Positions 9,151 to 17,329 of a stretch of 33,260 nucleotides of DNA are shown in pieces (position 1 is the stretch's first letter; each line of letters opens with the position of its first letter). Origin of the DNA: Aeromicrobium sp. (GTDB lineage Bacteria; Actinomycetota; Actinomycetes; Propionibacteriales; Nocardioidaceae); contig JALRKU010000385.1 in the NCBI GenBank assembly GCA_023254755.1, positions 1 to 33,260 of the forward strand, written 5' to 3'. The position numbers and the translations under genes are program-made. Below the pieces are notes generated by a model. The model did not search any database. It was not told the DNA's origin and saw only the letters and a program-made list of their open reading frames with translations.

Positions 9151-9849
9151 ATGGAAGCGGTCCGCAGCCCCTGGCTCCTGGCGTTCGGCGTCGTCACGGT
9201 CGTCCACCTGGCCCTCAACGCCGCCGACGCCGCCCCGTGGGACAGCATCACCAAGTGCCTGCTGGCACCGCTGCTGATCGGCTGGGTCGCCCAGCTCGGT
9301 GGACCGCGACTGCTGGTCCTCGCGCTCGTCGGCTGCTTCCTGGGCGACCTGTTCCTCGAGCTTCCCGAGGCGTGGTTCCCCGTGGGCATGGCGGCCTTCG
9401 CGGCGGCGCACGTGTGCTTCATCCGGTTCTTCGTGCAGCGCGGCGCGCTGGCGCGTCTCCGTCGACGCCCATGGATCGTGCTGGTGTACGGCGCGGCCGC
9501 GGTCGCGATGATCGCCTGGTGCTGGGGCGGGCTGGCCGATGACATCCGCCCGCTGGTCCCCGTCTACGCGGCTCTGCTGGCGGGCACCGCGGCGACGGCC
9601 CTCGCGGTCGACGTGCGCGCGGGCCTCGGCGGTCTGCTCTTCCTGGTGTCCGACGGGATCATCGCGGCGTCGGAGGCGGGTCGCCTCGACCCCGACGCCG
9701 TGGGCACCGGTCTGGCGATCATGGCCCTGTACATCGGTGCGATCTTCCTGCTGACGACCGGCATCCTCGACAAGGAGCGGCGGACCCTCGCGGCGAGCGA
9801 CGTCGAGCCGTCGGCCCGCACCGACTGCTGGCCGCGCATGCCCGCCTGA
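9151..9849 (+). CDS. Lysoplasmalogenase (YhhN/TMEM86 family) membrane protein
   Basis: TKCLLAP, LGDLFL, GMAAFAAAHVCFI, VPVYA, GGLLFLVSD motifs. Confidence 0.85.
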   Translation: MEAVRSPWLLAFGVVTVVHLALNAADAAPWDSITKCLLAPLLIGWVAQLGGPRLLVLALVGCFLGDLFLELPEAWFPVGMAAFAAAHVCFIRFFVQRGALARLRRRPWIVLVYGAAAVAMIAWCWGGLADDIRPLVPVYAALLAGTAATALAVDVRAGLGGLLFLVSDGIIAASEAGRLDPDAVGTGLAIMALYIGAIFLLTTGILDKERRTLAASDVEPSARTDCWPRMPA

Positions 9850-9891
9850 CGTCCTCGCGTTGCCGCTTGCCCGACGTGTGAGGGTGGCTCC

Positions 9892-10650
9892 ATGCCCACC
9901 GACGTCGTCTACCGCCTCGTCGTCCGGCTCGTCGGCGCCGCGTACCGCTTCATGGGATACCGGTTCGACGTCCGCGGCGTCGAGCACCTCCCGTCCGAGG
10001 GTCCTGCCGTCGTCGCCGCCAACCACATCGGGTTCCTCGACTTCACGTTCATCGGCTACGCGGCGCGCCGGCGACGGCGCCGGATCCGGTTCATGGCCAA
10101 GCGGTCGGTGTTCGAGCTGCCGGTCGTCGGCCGGCTGATGCGGGCGATGCGGCACATCCCCGTCGACCGTCGCACGGGCGCCATCGCGTACCGCCGGGCC
10201 CTCGAGGCGGTCGACGCGGGCCAGGTCGTCGGCGTCTTTCCCGAGGCCACGATCAGCCGGTCGTGGCTGCTCAAGCCGTTCCGGCGTGGCGCGGCCGGCG
10301 TCGCCGTCAATCGTGGAGTCCCGCTGGTGCCGGTCGTCGTGTGGGGAGGCCACCGCATCTACACGGTCGACGGGCACCGGTCGCTGCGCCGCCGCGTCCC
10401 CGTCACCATCTCGCTCGGCGAGCCTCTCGTGCCCGCCGACGGCGAGACCGTCGACGAGCTGACCGCGCGGCTGCACGCGACCATGGGCCTGCTGCTCGAC
10501 GACGCCATCTCCACCTACCCCGAGACGCCCGTGGACGACGCCGACCGATGGTGGCTGCCACACGACCGGGGTGGCAGCGCCCCGGATCCCCAGACGGCGG
10601 CGGTGCTCGACCGGGAGGCGGTCGCACGGATCGGCGACAGCCTGGACTGA
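9892..10650 (+). CDS. Lysophospholipid / 1-acyl-sn-glycerol-3-phosphate acyltransferase (PlsC-like)
   Basis: NHIGFLD (HX4D), FMAK, HIPVDR, VFPEAT. Confidence 0.92.
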   Translation: MPTDVVYRLVVRLVGAAYRFMGYRFDVRGVEHLPSEGPAVVAANHIGFLDFTFIGYAARRRRRRIRFMAKRSVFELPVVGRLMRAMRHIPVDRRTGAIAYRRALEAVDAGQVVGVFPEATISRSWLLKPFRRGAAGVAVNRGVPLVPVVVWGGHRIYTVDGHRSLRRRVPVTISLGEPLVPADGETVDELTARLHATMGLLLDDAISTYPETPVDDADRWWLPHDRGGSAPDPQTAAVLDREAVARIGDSLD

Positions 10651-10669
10651 GCGCGATAGGTTCGCGAGC

Positions 10670-11521
10670 GTGACGAGCTGGGGACGACCGACGACGGTCG
10701 AGATCGGTGTCGGCACGCTGGACGTGCGGGTCGACGGACCCGACGACGGTGAGCCCGTCGTGCTGCTGCACGGCTTCCCGCAGACCTCCCTCAGCTGGGG
10801 CGGTGTGGCGCCGCGGCTCGCAGCGGCAGGGCTGCGGGTCGTCGCCCCGGACCAGCGCGGCTACTCTCCTGGCGCACGTCCGACGGGGGTCCAGCACTAC
10901 ACGGGCGACGCGCTGGCCGACGACGTCGCCGAGCTCGCCGACGAGCTGGGCCTGTCCACGTTCCACCTGGTCGGGCACGACTGGGGCGCGTCGAACGCCT
11001 GGGTGTTCGCGACGCGTCACGCCGCCCGGCTGCGCAGCCTCACCACGGTGTCGGTGCCGCACCTCGCCGCGTTCGGCGAGGCCCTGCGGACGTCGACGGA
11101 CCAGCAGGAGCGTTCGGCCTACATCCGGCTGTTCCGCGTCGAGGGCAAGGCCGAGGGGGTCCTGCTGACCGACGGAGCCGAGCGGCTCGTCGGCATGTAC
11201 GAGGGCCGGGTGTCGGCCGACGACGTCGCGGCCTACGTGGCGCTGCTCGCCGAGCCCGGGGCGCTCACGGCGGCGCTCGACTACTACCGCGCGATGAGCG
11301 CGGAGCTGTCGCACCTGCCGGCGGTCACGGTGCCCACCACGTTCGTGTGGAGCTCGGGCGACCGGGCCCTCGGCCGCCAGGGGGCGGAGCGGTGCGGCGA
11401 CTTCGTCGACGCGCCCTACCGGTTCGTCGAGCTCGACGGGCTGAGCCACTGGATCCCCGACGAGGCGCCGGCCGCCCTGGCCGACGCCGTGCTCGCGCAG
11501 GTTCAGGCAGTGCGGGCCTGA
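10670..11521 (+). CDS. Alpha/beta hydrolase, epoxide hydrolase-like
   Basis: LLHGFP, APDQRGYS, GHDWG (Asp nucleophile), DYYRA, SHWIP; GTG 7 nt after TAGGTT. Confidence 0.9.
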   Translation: MTSWGRPTTVEIGVGTLDVRVDGPDDGEPVVLLHGFPQTSLSWGGVAPRLAAAGLRVVAPDQRGYSPGARPTGVQHYTGDALADDVAELADELGLSTFHLVGHDWGASNAWVFATRHAARLRSLTTVSVPHLAAFGEALRTSTDQQERSAYIRLFRVEGKAEGVLLTDGAERLVGMYEGRVSADDVAAYVALLAEPGALTAALDYYRAMSAELSHLPAVTVPTTFVWSSGDRALGRQGAERCGDFVDAPYRFVELDGLSHWIPDEAPAALADAVLAQVQAVRA

Positions 11522-12354
11522 TGCGGCCCCAGCGCCGACGGCTCTGACACCAGCGGCCAGGAGTGCCGGTCGATCGGCGCGCGGCCCTTGGCGACGGCGT
11601 ACACGTTCCAGTCGTCGACCCGCTCGGCGTGCCACAGGTGCTGGCGCAGCATGAGGTCGGTGAGCGAGCACTCGCCGGCCTCGCGGTGGCGGGCGCCCAT
11701 CTCGACCGCGACGTCGCGTGCTGCCCTGGCATCGGCCAGGGCGTCGTGGGCGTGATCGAGCGTGACGCCGTAGTAGGCGGCGACGTCGACGAGACGCCGC
11801 TGACCCAGGCCGCCGCGCTCGAGTCCCCAGTCGACCACGTAGGGATCGACCACCAGCAGGCGGTCCCACTGCGGCTGGCGGATGCCGTGGCGGGCCGCCT
11901 CGGCGCGCAGCATCGTGAGGTCGTAGGCCGCGTTGAACACCACCAGGCCGATGCGGCGGTCGACCAGTGACTGGACCCAGTCGGCCACGACCGTGATGGC
12001 CTCGCGCGACGACGGCGCACCGACCAGGGCCGACGCCGTGATGCCGTGCACCTCGGCCGACGCGTCGGGGATGGGGACGCCGGCGTCGACCAGGCTCTCG
12101 CGCTCGTGGACCGGGTCGACCAGGGCGTAGGAGAGCACGCGGTCGCGATGGGCGTCGACGCCCGTGGCCTCGAAGTCGAGGGCCGCGAGGGGGCGCTCGA
12201 ACCACCCGTGATGGGTGCCCCGCGACGGCGCGACCGGGCGACAGGCGAGGCACAGGACCCGCTCGCGTCCGGGGTGGCCGACGACGCGACCGGTGCTCGC
12301 CGGGACCGGCGTGCAGCACGTGTCGCAGGTGCCGTTCTCGTCGTTCGTGCGCAC
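11503..12354 (-). CDS. DEDDh 3'-5' exonuclease (DnaQ-like) with N-terminal Cys4 zinc-ribbon-like segment
   Basis: ExoI LDFEATG, ExoII FNAAYDL, ExoIII HAHDALADA; N-terminal CDTC...CLAC; GAGGAGG SD before the GTG. Confidence 0.88.
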   Translation of the reverse strand: MRTNDENGTCDTCCTPVPASTGRVVGHPGRERVLCLACRPVAPSRGTHHGWFERPLAALDFEATGVDAHRDRVLSYALVDPVHERESLVDAGVPIPDASAEVHGITASALVGAPSSREAITVVADWVQSLVDRRIGLVVFNAAYDLTMLRAEAARHGIRQPQWDRLLVVDPYVVDWGLERGGLGQRRLVDVAAYYGVTLDHAHDALADARAARDVAVEMGARHREAGECSLTDLMLRQHLWHAERVDDWNVYAVAKGRAPIDRHSWPLVSEPSALGPHQARTA

Positions 12355-12453
12355 CGTGACCTCCTCGTACCCAGGTCACGCTAGAGGGAGCGTCGGACAA
12401 CTCCTCGTCGCGACACACGCCCCGAGGCGCTCCGTTGCCCCTACCCTGTGCCC

Positions 12454-13314
12454 ATGCGCAGGACGAGCTTCGACGGCGCCGTCGCCGTCATCACCGGGGC
12501 GGGGAGCGGCATCGGCCGGGCCGCCGCCGCGAAGGTCGTCGAGCGCGGTGGACGCGTGGTGCTCACCGACGTGTCGGCCGACGGACTGGCAGACGTCGCG
12601 GCCTCGTTGCCGGCCCGGTCGGTCGTGCACCACGCCGCGTTCGACGTCACCGACGAGGTCGCCGTCGCGACGTTCGCCGAGGCGGTCCACGCGATCGTGC
12701 CGGCCGTCGACGTCGTGATGAACGTGGCCGGCATCTCGACGTGGGGACGCATCCAGGACCTCGAGCCACGGCACTGGCGCGCGTGCGTCGAGGTCGACCT
12801 GATGGGACCGATCCACGTGATGTCGGCGTTCGTCCCAGCGATGATCGAGCGCGGTCGCGGTGGTCACGTGGCGAACGTGTCGTCGGCCGCCGGCCTGTTC
12901 GGCCTCCCGCTGCACGCGCCGTACAGCGCCGCCAAGTTCGGGCTGCGCGGCGTCAGCGAGGTGCTGCGGTTCGACCTCGCCCAGCACGACATCGGCGTGA
13001 CCCTGGTGTGTCCGGGCGCGGTCGACACGCCCCTCGTGCGCACGGTGAACATCGTGGGCGTCGACCGCGACGACCCGCGCGTCGCCAAGGCCGTGAAGCG
13101 GTTCCAGCGGCACGCGGTCACGCCCGACCACGCGGCCGAGAAGATGCTTCGCGCGGTCGAGAAGGGCCGCGCGATGGCCTTCACCTCACCCGACATCCGC
13201 CTCGGCTGGTACGGCCAGCGCTACGTCCCGTGGGGCTACGACCTCGCGATGCGCGTCGCCAACCGCCAGGCCACCCGCCTCCTCGACCGCGTCCGCACCG
13301 AACCCCGCCGCTGA
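12454..13314 (+). CDS. Short-chain dehydrogenase/reductase (SDR)
   Basis: TGAGSGIG Rossmann motif, NVAG, NVSS, catalytic YSAAK, CPGAVDT. Confidence 0.94.
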   Translation: MRRTSFDGAVAVITGAGSGIGRAAAAKVVERGGRVVLTDVSADGLADVAASLPARSVVHHAAFDVTDEVAVATFAEAVHAIVPAVDVVMNVAGISTWGRIQDLEPRHWRACVEVDLMGPIHVMSAFVPAMIERGRGGHVANVSSAAGLFGLPLHAPYSAAKFGLRGVSEVLRFDLAQHDIGVTLVCPGAVDTPLVRTVNIVGVDRDDPRVAKAVKRFQRHAVTPDHAAEKMLRAVEKGRAMAFTSPDIRLGWYGQRYVPWGYDLAMRVANRQATRLLDRVRTEPRR

Positions 13315-13486
13315 CGAGTCGCGACGTCGTCTGTCGGCCGAAGGTCGACGATCGCCTCGGCAGCAGGCGGCCCGGCGCAGCAGACGACCGCCCGGCGAGG
13401 CTGCCATCGGTGACTCGTCAGCGGAAACGAGTGACTCGTCACCGGAAACCCGTGACTCGTCAGCGGAAACGAGTGACTCGTCAGCG
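13309..13486. repeat. REP/MITE-like intergenic element: one inverted CGCTGACGAGTC end plus four 21-bp-period GTGACTCGTCA(G/C)CG units
   Basis: Units start at 13410, 13431, 13452 and 13473; an inverted copy is at 13309-13320; both ends overlap the TGA stops of the convergent flanking genes. Confidence 0.85.
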
Positions 13487-14293
13487 CAGGGCGAGGAAGA
13501 CGCGGAGGGCGGAGACGAAGGCGGCGGGCTGCTCGGAGTGGACCCAGTGGCCGGCGCCCTTGATGGTGACGAGGCGGGTGGCGGGGAAGAGGCGGCGCAT
13601 CTCGGCCTGGTGGTCGTCGCGGACGTAGTCCGACCGCTCGCCGGCGACCCACAGCACCGGGTGGTCGAACGTCGTGTCGACGTGCGGGAACCCGGCGATG
13701 ACCGGCAGGTCGCGTCGCAGCAGGTCGAGGTTCGCCTGCCAGGTGTACCCGTGCTCGGTGGACCGCAGGTTCTGCAGCAGGAAGCCGCGGACCGTGTCGT
13801 TGGGGATGGGTCCGCGCAGCTGCTCGTCGGCGTCGCTGCGGCGCTCGATCGTGGCCAGGTCGACGGCGGCGAGCGAACCCAGCAGGTGCTCGAACTCGCC
13901 CGCTCCGTCACTGTCGTCCGGGGCGATGTCGACGACCACGAGCCGGTCGACCAGCTCGGGGTGCCGCAGCGCCACCAGCATCGCGACCTTGCCCCCCATC
14001 GAGTGGCCGACCAGCTCGACCGGCTCGCTCGACCACGCGCGGATGGTGTCGGCGACCGCGTCGGCCATGCCCTCGTAGCTGACCTGCTCGGTCCACGGCG
14101 AGCGACCGTGGTCGGGCAGGTCGAGCAGCAGCGACGTGGCTTCCGGCAGCAGCGACTTCGCGATCTGGGTGAAGTTGCGCCCCTGCCCGAACAGCCCGTG
14201 CACGAAGACGATGCGGGCGCCGCCCGCGGACTCGTCGTCGGATCGACCTTCGGTGTCGCCCCCGACCTGCGTGGTGTGGAGGGCGGTCGTCAC
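13481..14293 (-). CDS. Alpha/beta hydrolase, YbfF/ABHD11-like esterase
   Basis: VHGLFGQGRNF, DLPDHGRS, GHSMGGK, VVVDIAP, FLLQNL, AGHWVHSEQP; GTG 7 nt after TAGGCT. Confidence 0.9.
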   Translation of the reverse strand: MTTALHTTQVGGDTEGRSDDESAGGARIVFVHGLFGQGRNFTQIAKSLLPEATSLLLDLPDHGRSPWTEQVSYEGMADAVADTIRAWSSEPVELVGHSMGGKVAMLVALRHPELVDRLVVVDIAPDDSDGAGEFEHLLGSLAAVDLATIERRSDADEQLRGPIPNDTVRGFLLQNLRSTEHGYTWQANLDLLRRDLPVIAGFPHVDTTFDHPVLWVAGERSDYVRDDHQAEMRRLFPATRLVTIKGAGHWVHSEQPAAFVSALRVFLALR

Positions 14294-14379
14294 GCCGTCC
14301 AGCCTAGGCCGTGCCCGAGGGCGAGTCCTCGACCACGTCCCTGCCTCGGACGATCGGGGCCCGGGCACGGGGACGAGCG

Positions 14380-15015
14380 CTAGTCCTCGCGCCGGGCCTC
14401 CTCGGCCTCACGCTGACGGGCCCGCAGCTCGTCGCGCTCGCCCTTGAGCTGCGCGACCTGCTTCTTGCGGCGTGCGAGGCGCATGCTCGCGCCGGTGATG
14501 AGGACGGCGAGCACGGCACCCACCACGGCGCCCCACAGGCTGCCCCAGCGGAAGCCCGGCGCGTTGTCGCTGAAGATGCGCTCGCCGTCGTGGGCCGCCT
14601 TCGAGCCGCTGACGACGATGTACAGCGTCAACCAGTTGGGGATCGCCAGGACCACGGCGGCGACCGCGACGATCCCGCGCCACGCCCAGGAGAAGAACCG
14701 CCGCCGGATCTGGAACAGCAGGACCAGCGGCACGAAGGTGAAGACGAAGCCGTAGAAGAGGCCCCAGCTGGTCCCGGCCGTCAGGCTGCCGTTGGCCTGG
14801 CCCTTGACGTGCTGGGCCCACTCCCTCGGGAGCAGGGAACGTCCGACCCACCAGACGAGGAGCGCGACGCCGACGAGCACGATGACCGCGACGATCTTCA
14901 CGACCCACCGAGCCGGCGCGACGGTCGGCTGGTCGTGGATCGCGCGCTCGAGCCGTTCGGCGTCGGACTCCTCCGCGGGAGGCGGAGGCGTGGTCGGCTC
15001 CTGGTCGTCGCTCAT
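14380..15015 (-). CDS. Hypothetical membrane protein (about 4 TM, charged coiled C-terminus)
   Basis: 211-aa ORF with four hydrophobic segments and GC3 bias; CATGAT 6 nt before the ATG. Confidence 0.8.
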   Translation of the reverse strand: MSDDQEPTTPPPPAEESDAERLERAIHDQPTVAPARWVVKIVAVIVLVGVALLVWWVGRSLLPREWAQHVKGQANGSLTAGTSWGLFYGFVFTFVPLVLLFQIRRRFFSWAWRGIVAVAAVVLAIPNWLTLYIVVSGSKAAHDGERIFSDNAPGFRWGSLWGAVVGAVLAVLITGASMRLARRKKQVAQLKGERDELRARQREAEEARRED

Positions 15016-15031
15016 GGCGACATCATGGCAG

Positions 15032-16183
15032 TCAGCCGACGTCGGCAGCGAGAGCCTTCCACTCCGCCGCGCCCATGATCCCGTCCTGCTTCAGGTCGTG
15101 GTCGGCCTGCAGCTTCTTGACCTTCGCCTCCGTCACGTCGGCGAACACGCCGTTCTGCTGGCGCGCCGGCATGCCGAGGGCGATCTGCAGGATCGCGACG
15201 TCCTTGCCGAAGGTCACCGGCTTCAACGTCGCGGATCCGCGGTCCAGCCCCCAGTCGATCGCCTTCGCGCGGGTGTAGCCGGAGACCGCGTCCGTCTTGA
15301 CGCTCGACGGCTGGATCGAGGCCCACGTGGCCTGGTCCAGGACGCCGGTCTGCCGCAGCTCGTTGTCCTTCTGGTAGGCCAGGATCGCCTTCCAGGTGGT
15401 CGTGTCGACGTTGCCGGTCTGCTTGACGCCGAGCACCTTCTGCGCCGCCTTCACCGTCGACGAGCCCTTGTCGCCGAACACCCGGTCGCCACGGGCGGAG
15501 GTCTTCACCAGTGGCACCAGGGCCGGGCACGGCGTGGTGCGCGGGGCGTCGCGCAGGGCGCCGCGCAGCTTGTGGAAGACCGCGCAGGGGCCGTAGTCCT
15601 CGCCCGCGACCTTGCCGGTCCAGAACGAGGTGTTGCCGCGGGCGCCGGCCCAGCTGAGCGAGATGTGGACGTGGTCGGTGTGGCCCGAGCTGGTGCGCCA
15701 GCCGTCCTTGACGCGGTAGATCGACCAGATCTTCTTGTTGTAGATGATGTACATGATCCCGAGCCGGCGGGCGTTCCTCCCGTCGTCGGCGGTGGCCCAC
15801 GCGATGAAGTCGGCCGCGGCGGCCTTCTCCTTGACCACCTTCACGTCGACCATCCAGTCGATCGCGCGACCGTCCGAGTGCTCCGAGACGCCCTCCTTGC
15901 AGGAGCGGCTGATCCCGCCTCCGCCGCCGACCTTGTAGGTCGTGCGGAGCAGGTCGCGCAGCTTGACCGACCCCGCCTTGTCGGTGGGCCAGCACGCCGA
16001 CTGGGGGATGTAGCGCGCGGGCGGGTCGACCGCCGACGGCAGCGTGACGGGCGACTCGAGCCCGTCGGGGTCCTTCGGCAGCGTCACGGGCGGCGAACCC
16101 GCGGCCCCGGCCGGCAGCCCGAACGCGATGACGACGACCAGGGCGGCGAGGACCGTGGCGGCGCGCCGCGACACGCGGTTCAT
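15032..16183 (-). CDS. Secreted putative cell-wall peptidase: M15-like Zn domain plus C-terminal peptidoglycan-binding repeats
   Basis: Signal peptide MNRVSRRAATVLAAL...; SEHSDGRAIDW and HTDHVHIS; PG_binding_1-like repeats (AILAYQKDNELRQTGVLDQATW, KKLQADHDLKQDGIMGAAEW); AGGAG SD. Confidence 0.8.
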   Translation of the reverse strand: MNRVSRRAATVLAALVVVIAFGLPAGAAGSPPVTLPKDPDGLESPVTLPSAVDPPARYIPQSACWPTDKAGSVKLRDLLRTTYKVGGGGGISRSCKEGVSEHSDGRAIDWMVDVKVVKEKAAAADFIAWATADDGRNARRLGIMYIIYNKKIWSIYRVKDGWRTSSGHTDHVHISLSWAGARGNTSFWTGKVAGEDYGPCAVFHKLRGALRDAPRTTPCPALVPLVKTSARGDRVFGDKGSSTVKAAQKVLGVKQTGNVDTTTWKAILAYQKDNELRQTGVLDQATWASIQPSSVKTDAVSGYTRAKAIDWGLDRGSATLKPVTFGKDVAILQIALGMPARQQNGVFADVTEAKVKKLQADHDLKQDGIMGAAEWKALAADVG

Positions 16184-16306
16184 CAATGCTCCTGACGTCG
16201 GGGAAGTCCACCTATCATGCACACCTCCTGGCTCATCTGTCACACGATTCACGCCGGTCCCCACCTGCGTGGGGGCGTCGTCGCACGGCTGGGCTAGGTT
16301 CGGCGG

Positions 16307-17098
16307 GTGCGCATCGCGACCTGGAACATCAACTCCGTCCGCAGCCGCATCGACCGCGTCGTCGCCTTCCTCGATCGCCACGACGTCGACGTGCTGGCAC
16401 TGCAGGAGACCAAGTGCCGCGACGACCAGTTCCCGGGCCTCGAGCTCGCGGGCATGGGCTACGAGTACGCACACCTCGGCCTCAACCAGTGGAACGGCGT
16501 CGCGATCCTGTCGAGGGTCGGGCTCGACGAGGTGGCGACGGTCTTCGCCGACGACCAGCCGGCGTTCGGAGACCCGCCCGTCGTCGAGCCCCGCGCGCTC
16601 GGCGCCACGTGCGGCGGCGTGCGCATCTGGAGCCTGTACGTGCCGAACGGCCGCGAGATCGGCCACCTGCACTACGACTACAAGCTCGCGTGGCTCGAGC
16701 GGCTGCAGGTCGCCGGCGCCGGCTGGCTCGCCGACGACCCGCAGGCCCAGATCGCGCTCGTCGGCGACTGGAACATCGCGCCGGAGGACGACGACGTGTG
16801 GGACATGGCGGCCTTCGAGGGCCTCACGCACGTCTCGGAGCCGGAGCGCGCGGCGTTCCGGTCGTTCGTCGACACCGGGTTCGCCGACCTCGTCCGCCCG
16901 TACACGCCGGGGCCCGGGGTCTACACCTACTGGGACTACCAGCAGCTGGCGTTCCCCAAGAAGCGCGGCATGCGCATCGACTTCGCCCTCGGCTCCCCCG
17001 CCCTCCAGGCCCGCGTCACCGATGCGTTCATCGACCGCGAGGAGCGCAAGGGCAAGGGCGCCAGCGACCACGCCCCCGTCGTCGTCGACCTCGCCTGA
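16307..17098 (+). CDS. xth: Exodeoxyribonuclease III / AP endonuclease
   Basis: MRIATWNINSVR, LALQETK, YVPNG, GDWNIAP, YTYWDY, GMRIDF, ASDHAPV. Confidence 0.96.
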   Translation: MRIATWNINSVRSRIDRVVAFLDRHDVDVLALQETKCRDDQFPGLELAGMGYEYAHLGLNQWNGVAILSRVGLDEVATVFADDQPAFGDPPVVEPRALGATCGGVRIWSLYVPNGREIGHLHYDYKLAWLERLQVAGAGWLADDPQAQIALVGDWNIAPEDDDVWDMAAFEGLTHVSEPERAAFRSFVDTGFADLVRPYTPGPGVYTYWDYQQLAFPKKRGMRIDFALGSPALQARVTDAFIDREERKGKGASDHAPVVVDLA

Positions 17099-17233
17099 CC
17101 CACCCCTCGTCGCCGGCGGCCGCGGGATCGGGACGGAGTTCACGCAGTTCCGCCGGGGCTGGACGGAATTCACGCACCGTGACCGTCGGGATCACGCAGT
17201 TCGGGTAGCCAGGGCTACCCGAAGAGCGTGATC
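17095..17233 (+). repeat. Left inverted repeat with REP-like 44-bp palindrome (17190-17233)
   Basis: GGACGGA(G/A)TTCACGCA at 17131 and 17161; GATCACGCAGTTCGGGTAGCCAGGGCTACCCGAAGAGCGTGATC. Confidence 0.88.
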
Positions 17234-17329
17234 TGCGTCGGATCCACAGGCCGAGCGCCCCGAAGGCGCCGTCCACAGCGCGCTGGCGAGACGTCCACGC
17301 GGGTCCTCGTCCGCGGCCAGGCTCGGACC

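Noticed and set aside
13410-13486. 21-bp repeats as a CRISPR array
   Set aside because: Variable parts are only about 7 nt and partly identical, the repeat is too short, and no cas genes are present.
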